Positions 27,357 through 34,957 of a DNA stretch of 54,755 nucleotides are shown piece by piece. This DNA comes from Candidatus Binatia bacterium. Its GTDB lineage: Bacteria > Desulfobacterota > Binatia > UTPRO1. Positions within the stretch are counted from its first letter, which is position 1; the number at the start of each line of letters is the position of its first letter. The notes below the pieces were generated by a model that searched no databases, was not told where the DNA came from, and saw only the letters and a list, made by a program, of their open reading frames with translations. The stretch covers positions 1 to 54,755 of the forward strand of contig JBGPIT010000001.1 of the NCBI GenBank assembly GCA_041485125.1, given 5' to 3'. Position numbers and translations under genes: made by a program.

Positions 27357-28706
27357 CTAGATGAAGACGCCGCGGCGCGTGAGCAGCAAGTCGCCGAGCG
27401 CGCGCGCGATCGAGCTCCGCACCTCGGCGGTCAGATCCTCCACGGCCTTCTCGGCGTCCGCGCTCGCCGCGGGCGGATGGATCGGCGGACAGAAGCGCAT
27501 CCGCCATTTCGTCGGCAACGGCACGGCACCGGCGACACCGCAGAGCGGGAAGAGCGGTGTCACCGGGATCCACGGCACGCCGACGAGGCGACCCACACGG
27601 TAGAGCCGCGCCACGACCGGGTACGCTTCCTCCGCGCCGACGATGGCGACCGGCACGATCGGTGCGCCGGTCGCCAGGCTGAGACGCGCGGTCCCACTGC
27701 GGAACGGCTGCAGCTGGTAGCGATCGTGCCACCGCTTCTCGACACCCGCGATGCCTTCCGGAAAGAGCGCCAGCGCCTCGCCTCGGCGCAGCATCAGCTC
27801 CGCGTTCGCGAACGACGACGGCACGCCGCCGAGTCGATTGTAGAACGGTCCGATCCACGGCAGCGCGTCGACGAACTTGTCGTAGAGGACCCGCAGGCAG
27901 CGCTGCGCCGGATGGTGGAGCTCGAGCGCGACCGCGAGCATGAAGGCGTCGGCCGGAATCGCTCCCGAGTGATTCGCCGCGATGAGGACGCCGCCCCCCG
28001 TGGGCACGTTCTCGATACCCGACACCTCGGTGCGCCAGTAGCGCTCGAAGAGAAACCGGAGCGGAGGCATCCAGACGCGACGATAGTCTCGGTCGACACC
28101 GAACGGGTCCGCTGACCCGACCTGCAACCGCGATGCGAGCGGCTGGTGTGAGATCGGTCGGTCGGCGACGCCGGCGGGCGCCGTCGGCGTTGCCGTGTGC
28201 AGAGCATCGGTCGCGTCGGGCCGCGTCTCTGTCGGCGCGAGTGCCGGCACCTCGTCGATCGACGGGCGCGCCGCCGCCTCGACCGACTCGACGCGGAAGT
28301 ACGGCGTGCCCTGCACCGCTGGATCGGTCGCCGCGCCGGTGTCGACGGGCGTCATCTCCGGCGCGGCGGGTATCGGTGCGTGCGCCGGCGGCGCGAGGTG
28401 GGTCGCGCGTCGCAGATGGATGCCGCGCGGGCGCAGCTCTTCGAGTGTGCCGACCAGCGCCTCGGTCTCCGGCGCCTCGACGTAGCGCGCCTCGATCGTA
28501 ATCGGCGCGGCGTAGCGCGCCCGCAACGTCAGCGCGGTACGCCGGATTCGGTCGATGGTCGCACGGTCGAGCTCGTCGACGACGGTGATCACGCCGCCGC
28601 CCGAGTCGGGACCGATGCGCGCGACGATCAGGCCGGGCGCGCGCGCCGGGGTCGCCGCGTCGTCAGCAGGCGGAACGGAGCGAGGGGACTCTGGCCGAGT
28701 GAGCAT
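27357..28706 (-). CDS. 1-acyl-sn-glycerol-3-phosphate acyltransferase-like (LPLAT/PlsC) protein with a long N-terminal extension
   Basis: The C-terminal ~230 aa carry the acyltransferase motifs NHSGAIPAD (HX4D-type) and FPEGIAG. The N-terminal ~220 aa are unassigned. The ORF extends to 28856, but that would overlap the divergent GT4 gene, so the ATG at 28706 is preferred. Confidence 0.7.
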   Translation of the reverse strand: MLTRPESPRSVPPADDAATPARAPGLIVARIGPDSGGGVITVVDELDRATIDRIRRTALTLRARYAAPITIEARYVEAPETEALVGTLEELRPRGIHLRRATHLAPPAHAPIPAAPEMTPVDTGAATDPAVQGTPYFRVESVEAAARPSIDEVPALAPTETRPDATDALHTATPTAPAGVADRPISHQPLASRLQVGSADPFGVDRDYRRVWMPPLRFLFERYWRTEVSGIENVPTGGGVLIAANHSGAIPADAFMLAVALELHHPAQRCLRVLYDKFVDALPWIGPFYNRLGGVPSSFANAELMLRRGEALALFPEGIAGVEKRWHDRYQLQPFRSGTARLSLATGAPIVPVAIVGAEEAYPVVARLYRVGRLVGVPWIPVTPLFPLCGVAGAVPLPTKWRMRFCPPIHPPAASADAEKAVEDLTAEVRSSIARALGDLLLTRRGVFI

Positions 28707-28830
28707 CACGAAGGGACGCGCCGGATGCGCGCACCGAGCACTCTTGCCACCGGGACCCGGGTTGTCAACGCGCGATCGGCGCCGCGCGGAACGCGCGTCG
28801 AAGTCGGCCGGCACCCGTGATAAGCGAGGG

Positions 28831-30018
28831 GTGCCCGACATTCTTCGGGATGACATCGCGCACAGGAGATCGCGTATCGAGTCGCGGCGTTACCGCATCG
28901 CGTACGTCATCGGTGAGCTCGGCAAAGGCGGTGCGGAGTATCAGCTGTACGAGCTGCTCCGCCACCTCGACCGGCGCGTATACGAGCCGACGGTGCTCGT
29001 GCTCGCCGCGGGCGGCTACTGGGCCGAGCCGATCCGCGCGCTCGGCATCGTGGTGCACGAGTTTCCGCGTCGCCGCTCCGCCGACGCCTCGCGCCTGCTG
29101 CGCTTGCGGGCCGCCCTTCGCGCGCTCGCGCCCGACGTCCTGCACACGATCATGTGGTCCGCGAACTCCTACGGACGCCTCGCCGCGCTCGGGCTCGGCA
29201 TCCCGGTCATCATCGCGGCGGAGCGGAACGTCATCCGGCGGCCGCGCTGGCAGGTGTGGGTCGAGCGGGCGCTCGACCGCGCGACCGATCGCTATCTCGT
29301 GAACTGCGCCGCGATCGCGAGCGAGCTCCACGAGCGCGGCGGGCTCGCCGCCGCGAAGATCGACGTCGTCCCGAACGGCATCGATCTCAGCGTGGTGCCG
29401 CCGTTCGAGCCGACGCGCGAGGCGGCGCGGCGTGCCGCCGGCTTCGACCCGGCGCGACGCTTGGTGGCGCAGGTCGGTCGGCTCACCGGGCAGAAGGACT
29501 ATCCGACGTTCCTCGCCGCCGCGCGCATCGTCGCGGCGCGATTCGCCGACGTCGACTTTCTCGTCGTCGGCACCGGCGAGCTGCGCGCCGACCTCGAGCG
29601 GCTCGCCGCCGAGCTCGGCATCGCCGCCCGCGTGCACTTCACCGGCTTGCGCCACGACGTGCCGCGGCTGCTCGCCGGCGTCGACGTCCTCGCGCTCACG
29701 TCGCTGTACGAGGGTCTGCCGAACGTCGTGCTCGAGGCGATGGCGGCGGGCGCGGTCGCGGTCACGAGCGACGTCGGCGGCTGTCGCGACGTCGTTCTTC
29801 ACGACGAGACCGGGCTGCTGGTGGCACCGCGCGATCCCGCCGCGACCGCCGCGGCGATCGGCCGGCTGCTCGCGAATCCGGCCGGGCGGACCCGGATGGC
29901 GATCGCCGCGCGTCGTCGCGTCGAAGAGGAGTTCTCGGTGCAGACGATGGCGGCGCGCAGCGCGGATGCGTACCGGCGACTGCTCGCACCGGGCGCGCCG
30001 GCCGTGAATCGCGACTGA
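28831..30018 (+). CDS. glycosyltransferase family 4 (GT-B)
   Basis: GTG 28831 follows GAGGGG. RIAYVIGELGKGGAEYQL N-terminus and C-terminal EGLPNVVLEAMAAGAVAVTSDVGG (E-X7-E region). Confidence 0.85.
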   Translation: MPDILRDDIAHRRSRIESRRYRIAYVIGELGKGGAEYQLYELLRHLDRRVYEPTVLVLAAGGYWAEPIRALGIVVHEFPRRRSADASRLLRLRAALRALAPDVLHTIMWSANSYGRLAALGLGIPVIIAAERNVIRRPRWQVWVERALDRATDRYLVNCAAIASELHERGGLAAAKIDVVPNGIDLSVVPPFEPTREAARRAAGFDPARRLVAQVGRLTGQKDYPTFLAAARIVAARFADVDFLVVGTGELRADLERLAAELGIAARVHFTGLRHDVPRLLAGVDVLALTSLYEGLPNVVLEAMAAGAVAVTSDVGGCRDVVLHDETGLLVAPRDPAATAAAIGRLLANPAGRTRMAIAARRRVEEEFSVQTMAARSADAYRRLLAPGAPAVNRD

Positions 30019-30033
30019 CAGCTCGCACACGCG

Positions 30034-31386
30034 ATGCTAGGCTCTCCGGCCGTGTCCGAACCGCGTCCGCGACCGCTCCAATCGGACGGCCTCCGCATCG
30101 CCTACGTGATTCCCGCGTATCCGCCGGCGCCGTCGCAGCCATTCGTGGTGAACGAGATGGTGCAAGTGCAGGACGCGGGGAACGCCGTCTACGTCGTCCC
30201 GCTCTACGCCGGTCAGGACGGGTCGGTGCGCCACGGAACGTTCGAGCGACTGCGTCCAGCTGCGGTCCTCGCACCGGCGTTGCTGTCGCTGCACGTCGTC
30301 GCGCTCGCGCTCCGGACGATCGTCGCGCACCCGCTTCGCGTGCTGCGCGCACTCGGATCGGCATTCCGCGCCGCCGGATGGAATCCGTTCGCGCACGGCC
30401 GGCTGCTCCTCCTCACGCCGAAGGCGCTCGCTGCCGCCACGTGGCTGCGCGAGCAGGGTGTGGATCGGATCCACGCCCACTTCGCGAGCCAGACCGCCGA
30501 CGTCGCCGCGATCGCCGCGGCGGTGAGCCGCATCCCGTTCTCGTTCACCGCGCATGCCTACGACATCTACTCGACCGCGCTGCGGGTGCGGAATGACACT
30601 CTCGACTGGAAGCTGCGCACCGCGCGCCAGGTGTTCACCGTGAACGACTACGCCGGCGCGCTGCTCCGCGCGCGCTTGCCGGCGGCACACGGGGGACGTG
30701 TCCAGACGGTCTACGTCGGCATCCCGATGCAGCTCTTTCAGTCCGAGCCGCCGGCGCCGCACGACGGCGCGTTTCGCATGCTCTGCGTAGCGCGTCTGTG
30801 CGAGAAGAAGGGCCTCGATACGCTGATCGACGCCTGCGCCGCGCTCCGCGAGCGCGGCGTCGCGTTCTCGCTGCGCCTCTTCGGCGACGGTCCGCTCCGA
30901 CAAGCGCTCGCCGGCCAGATCGCGCGCCACGACCTCGGCGCGCACGTGCTGCTCGGTGGTGGCATCAGCCAAGAGGAGGTGGCGCGCGAGATGCGCGCGT
31001 GCCACGCCTTCGTGATGCCGTGCCGTCGTGACCGCAGCGGTGACATGGACGGGATCCCGACGGTGTTCATGGAGGCGATGGCGACCGGCCGCCCGGTCAT
31101 CAGCTGTCCGGTGTCGGGCATTCCGGAGCTGGTGCGCGACGGTGAGACCGGCCTGCTCGTCCCCACCGACGACCCGCGGGCGCTCGCCGACGCGATCGTC
31201 CACCTCGCCGGCAACGAAGCCTTGTGCGTCACGCTCGGCCGCCGTGGTCGAGCGCTCGTCGAGCGCCAGCACGACGAGCGGCTGACGGCTGCCTCGCTGC
31301 TCGCGAAGATGAGAGCCGCGGATGCCGCGAACGGCCGCGGCAATGCCGCCGTCGCACCGAGGCCCTCACTGGCGATCACCGACTGA
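30034..31386 (+). CDS. glycosyltransferase family 4 (WcaL-like)
   Basis: LRIAYVIPAYPPAPSQPFVVNE N-terminus and C-terminal DGIPTVFMEAMATGRPVISCPVSGIPELV. 450 aa. Confidence 0.85.
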   Translation: MLGSPAVSEPRPRPLQSDGLRIAYVIPAYPPAPSQPFVVNEMVQVQDAGNAVYVVPLYAGQDGSVRHGTFERLRPAAVLAPALLSLHVVALALRTIVAHPLRVLRALGSAFRAAGWNPFAHGRLLLLTPKALAAATWLREQGVDRIHAHFASQTADVAAIAAAVSRIPFSFTAHAYDIYSTALRVRNDTLDWKLRTARQVFTVNDYAGALLRARLPAAHGGRVQTVYVGIPMQLFQSEPPAPHDGAFRMLCVARLCEKKGLDTLIDACAALRERGVAFSLRLFGDGPLRQALAGQIARHDLGAHVLLGGGISQEEVAREMRACHAFVMPCRRDRSGDMDGIPTVFMEAMATGRPVISCPVSGIPELVRDGETGLLVPTDDPRALADAIVHLAGNEALCVTLGRRGRALVERQHDERLTAASLLAKMRAADAANGRGNAAVAPRPSLAITD

Positions 31387-31404
31387 CGATGCTAGGAAAC
31401 GCTG

Positions 31405-31707
31405 ATGCTCGACCAGATGCGCCGCCAGACCGAAGACATCGTCCGCTACTATGGTGAGCTCAATCGTCGGATCGCGAATGCCGGCATGGACGGCATTCCG
31501 AAGCTACTCGAGCTCTCGACGCAGCTCGAGATGGCGCTTGGCGAGATCGGCGCGCACGAGCTGCAATGGGTCGCCGACGAGATCAAGCGTCTTCTCGACG
31601 AGCTCGTCCGCATGGATTCGCAACTGCAAAAGGTGCGCGAGCTGAAGATGTTGCTCGAAGGCGCACCGGAGCACGAAGAGCCCGCCCGCCGCCGCTCGGC
31701 CGTCTGA
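31405..31707 (+). CDS. small helical protein, paralog 1 (unknown family)
   Basis: 100 aa, predicted all-helical, starting 19 nt after the GT4 stop. The C-terminal block HELQWVADEIKRLLDELVRMDSQLQKVRELKMLLE aligns without gaps to the product of 32149..32424. Confidence 0.6.
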   Translation: MLDQMRRQTEDIVRYYGELNRRIANAGMDGIPKLLELSTQLEMALGEIGAHELQWVADEIKRLLDELVRMDSQLQKVRELKMLLEGAPEHEEPARRRSAV

Positions 31708-32066
31708 CTCTCAAGTTTTTCCCGTTCTCGCTGCCGCCCGGCGCGCGCCACACCGCGTTCTGTCACGCCTCTCGAAGGGCGGCCGCTCGTCGACGGATCG
31801 GTCTGGGCGCGCAACTCCCGAACGCTAGACAGCGCGTTTTCGACTCGCGATTCCGCTGTATTTGCACCGTATTGGCGCATGGTGAGCACCCTCGCGATGC
31901 GGCGCTGCCCGACGCCTCGTGATTGCCAGTGGTATCGCGCAAACGCCACATACTTTGCCGATGCGCAGCCCTGTGTGTTCGTGCATTGTTGCATGGTCCA
32001 TATATGCCGCGTTGCATGATTAATGGTGGAAATTGTTGATCTTTTTCCATAGCATTAGCTAGCGGC

Positions 32067-32081
32067 TGGCATTGGAATTGC
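32067..32081 (+). promoter_or_regulatory. sigma-54 (-24/-12) promoter
   Basis: TGGCAT-TGGAA-TTGC fits TGGCAC-N5-TTGCW with correct GG/GC spacing. It lies 68 nt upstream of the GTG at 32149 and about 1.3 kb from a sigma-54 activator gene. Confidence 0.6.
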
Positions 32082-32148
32082 TTGTACGCGCGTACCGCTG
32101 GCGGAGCGGCGCCCTCACGGAACATCGGACTGCCTAGGAGGCTTCGGC

Positions 32149-32424
32149 GTGACCCAGGAGATTCGGGAGCTCATCGATCGCATTCTGTCTTCCTACGACG
32201 AGATGGACAGTAGATTTTCGTCGGCGGGGGGGCTCGGCAGTCTCCTTAGCCTGTATGAGCAGATGCGACGCGAGTTGGAACGCGTGTCGTTTCAAGAGCT
32301 CGACCGAATGACGGGGGAGATCAAGAACGTCATCGAGGCCCTCCTGACGATCGATTACGAGCTACGGAAAGTGCAGAACTTGAAGCTCGTCTTCGACTCC
32401 CGCACCGTTCCCGGCGGGCAGTAA
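32149..32424 (+). CDS. small helical protein, paralog 2 (unknown family)
   Basis: 91 aa. GTG start preceded by CTAGGAGG. QELDRMTGEIKNVIEALLTIDYELRKVQNLKLVFD aligns to paralog 1. Confidence 0.6.
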   Translation: MTQEIRELIDRILSSYDEMDSRFSSAGGLGSLLSLYEQMRRELERVSFQELDRMTGEIKNVIEALLTIDYELRKVQNLKLVFDSRTVPGGQ

Positions 32425-32560
32425 GCGCGGCGCTCGTCCGCTCGCCCGTCGGTGGACGTCGCATGCTCGCGCAGCGTTGCGCGATCGATGAGTCCGGCGT
32501 CCAGCTGTGCAAGCCCCGAATTTTCGACCGTTTTCGTCGCTCGTCCGACGAAATTCTAGG

Positions 32561-32589
32561 TTGAAAGCGCGCCGGTGCGCGAGTACAAT
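32561..32589 (+). promoter_or_regulatory. candidate sigma-70 promoter for the kinase/activator operon
   Basis: TTGAAA (32561-32566), a 17-nt spacer, then TACAAT (32584-32589), 78 nt upstream of the ATG at 32667. Confidence 0.4.
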
Positions 32590-32666
32590 CCGGGCAGTTT
32601 CGACTCGCGTCTCTGCACGACCGCGTTTTCGAGACAGTCTAGCAGCGACGCTTCACCGACTTCCGC

Positions 32667-33401
32667 ATGAGCACACACCAACAGCGGCCTCGAACGCCCA
32701 ATGATCGTTCTGTGGTCGCACCTGCGCCAAATCAGGACAGCCAGTTGGAGCAGGGGAACTTGGTCGTCGTGCAGGAGCGAGTGCTCGCCGAGATCGCGCA
32801 CGAGCTCGGCAACTTTTTTCACAAGCTCTACTACTGGTCGGACTACATCAAAGGCGATGCGGAAGGTGCGAAGAAGTTCGACACCACCGCCGGCCACATG
32901 CTCGAGCGGACGATCACGAACCTCGAGGACTTCCTCAAGGTCGCGCTCGAGTACTTCCATCCCATCAAGCTCAACTTCACCAAGGTCGCCGTCGGCGAGC
33001 TGCTTGACGGGTTCATGAGCCACCTCGGGGCGCATCTGAACGGCAACGAGGTCCGGGTGAGGCGTGACGAGATCGACGAACCGGCGACGATCCTCATCGA
33101 TCCCGCGCGCATCTCACAGGCATTCCGGATCGCGCTTCACCACGTGCACGAGGACTTGAAGTCCGGCGGTGCATTGAGCGTGAGTCTCGGCAAGACCACG
33201 CGGCGGGAGTTTCCCGGCCTCGAGATCCGCCTCGCGGTCGCGCCGAAGGTCCCCCCGTCGCCGCTCTTCCGGACCGCCGAGCTCGGCGTCGAATGGGCGG
33301 TCGCGCAGAAGCTCATCGAGATGCACGGCGGCGAGATCATCGAAGAATTCGACTCGAACGGTCAGAAGATCGTGCTGATCTTCCTGCCCCTCTACGGATA
33401 G
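32667..33401 (+). CDS. sensor-less cytoplasmic histidine-kinase-like protein with degenerate catalytic domain
   Basis: H-box-like EIAHELGNFFHKL. The C-terminal region is HATPase-shaped (GVEWAVAQKLIEMHGGEI), but I cannot find an N-box Asn or a DxGxG G1 box. No TM or sensor domain. 244 aa. Confidence 0.65.
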   Translation: MSTHQQRPRTPNDRSVVAPAPNQDSQLEQGNLVVVQERVLAEIAHELGNFFHKLYYWSDYIKGDAEGAKKFDTTAGHMLERTITNLEDFLKVALEYFHPIKLNFTKVAVGELLDGFMSHLGAHLNGNEVRVRRDEIDEPATILIDPARISQAFRIALHHVHEDLKSGGALSVSLGKTTRREFPGLEIRLAVAPKVPPSPLFRTAELGVEWAVAQKLIEMHGGEIIEEFDSNGQKIVLIFLPLYG

Positions 33402-33422
33402 GCACAGGTGCTAGGAGCCGAT

Positions 33423-34838
33423 ATGGATACCAGGATTCTGATCGTCGACGACGATCCGCTGATCTGCAGGCAGCTCGAGGACCTCTACACTTCGCAGCAG
33501 TATCTCGTCACCAGCGCCGGCAACTCGTCGGAGGCATTGCGCCTGCTCGGTCAACACGATTTCTCATTGGCGGTCGTCGACCTTCGCATTCCCGGCACTG
33601 ACGGCATCGGCCTCACGCGCGAGATCCGCGAGCACTGGCCCGATCTCGACGTGATCATGATCACCGGCTACGCGAGCATCAAAGGCGCCGTCGAAGCGAT
33701 CAAGCAGGGCGCCAGCGACTACATCACCAAGCCCTTCCAGAAGGAGGAGATCCTTCTCGCCACCGAGAAGGTGCTCGAGAAGCGCCGCCTGCTCGACGAG
33801 ATCAACTACCTTCGCAGCCAGCTCTCCAATCGCTACTCGTTCGCCAACATCGTCAGCCGCAACCGCGTCATGCACGAGATCTTCGAAGCGATCGAGGTGC
33901 TCGCGCAAAACGACGCGACGGTGCTGATCACCGGCGAGTCGGGAACCGGCAAGGAGCTGGTCGCGCGCGCGATCCACTACCAGGGCAAGCGCAAGTCGGG
34001 CCGCTTCGTCGCGATCAACTGCGCGGCATTCCCCGACACGCTCCTCGAGAGCGAGCTCTTCGGCTACGAGCGCGGCGCCTTCACCGGCGCGGTGCACGAC
34101 CGGGTCGGCAAGATCGAGCTCGCCAGCGGCGGCACGCTCTTCCTCGACGAAATCGAGAGCATCACGCTCAACATGCAGCTGAAGCTCCTGCGCGTCCTCG
34201 AGGAGCGTGAGGTCGAGCGTCTCGGCGGCAATCGCAAGATCAAGGTCAACATGCGCGTGATCGCGGCGACCAACGTCGAGCTCACCGAGCTCGTCGCCGA
34301 CGGCCGTATGCGCGAGGACTTCTTCTACCGAATCAACGTCGTGCCGGTGAAAATTCCGCCGTTGCGCGACCGCGTCGAGGACATCCCGCTGCTGGTGAGC
34401 GAGTTCCTGCGCAACAGCGAGATGGCGCGTGAGCGCGGCATCACGCGGGTGTCGAACAAGGCCCTCTCGGAGCTGATGGGCTTCGCCTGGCCCGGCAACG
34501 TCCGCGAGCTCGGCAACGTCCTCGAGCGGGCGATCCTGCGCACGACCGGTCCGGTGATCCGCGAGGTCGACCTTCCCGGTACCGGCAAGCGCAAGGACAT
34601 GGATGCGCTCCGCCGCACCTATGACTACGAGGTTCCACTCAAGGAGTACCTGCGACGCGCCGAGAAGGACTACTTGAGCCACGTGCTGAAGAAGCACCGC
34701 GGCAGCATCAACATGAGCGCGAAGCACGCGCTGGTCGACGCGGCGACGCTGCATCGCAAGATGAAGCTGCACGGCCTCCAGCGCGAGGATTTCCGCGGGC
34801 GCGATCGCAGCGAGCCAGATCAGGCACTGGTCGGCTGA
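33423..34838 (+). CDS. sigma-54-dependent response regulator (NtrC family: REC-AAA+-HTH)
   Basis: REC (ILIVDDDPLI...VVDLRIPGTDG), Walker A GESGTGKE, the sigma-54 contact loop GAFTGA and the arginine-finger region FFYRINV. ATG 33423 lies 5 nt after AGGAG. Confidence 0.9.
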   Translation: MDTRILIVDDDPLICRQLEDLYTSQQYLVTSAGNSSEALRLLGQHDFSLAVVDLRIPGTDGIGLTREIREHWPDLDVIMITGYASIKGAVEAIKQGASDYITKPFQKEEILLATEKVLEKRRLLDEINYLRSQLSNRYSFANIVSRNRVMHEIFEAIEVLAQNDATVLITGESGTGKELVARAIHYQGKRKSGRFVAINCAAFPDTLLESELFGYERGAFTGAVHDRVGKIELASGGTLFLDEIESITLNMQLKLLRVLEEREVERLGGNRKIKVNMRVIAATNVELTELVADGRMREDFFYRINVVPVKIPPLRDRVEDIPLLVSEFLRNSEMARERGITRVSNKALSELMGFAWPGNVRELGNVLERAILRTTGPVIREVDLPGTGKRKDMDALRRTYDYEVPLKEYLRRAEKDYLSHVLKKHRGSINMSAKHALVDAATLHRKMKLHGLQREDFRGRDRSEPDQALVG

Positions 34839-34957
34839 CGTCAGCGGGCCGACGCGTGCAACCACCGCAGGCGCCGCCGTCGTGGGGACCGGTGACCCGA
34901 GCGCCCGGCGGCGCTTTCCCCGGCAGCGCTGAGCCGGGTCTCTAGAGCAACCGGCGA

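Noticed and set aside
31873-31887. Second sigma-54-like element TGGCGC-ATGGT-GAGC
   Set aside because: The GG/GC spacing is right, but the -12 region (GAGC) departs from TTGC. It also lies about 275 nt from the start codon. The downstream TGGCAT-N5-TTGC is a much better promoter.
31988-32018. GTTGCATG direct repeat 23 nt apart upstream of the sigma-54 promoter
   Set aside because: An 8-mer recurring once within about 440 bp is roughly what chance predicts (expectation near 1), so it is not evidence on its own.
32084-32095. Perfect 12-bp palindrome GTACGCGCGTAC just downstream of the -12 element
   Set aside because: About a dozen perfect 12-bp palindromes are expected by chance in a window this size. 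The position is suggestive of an operator or 5' hairpin, but I cannot support that from sequence alone.
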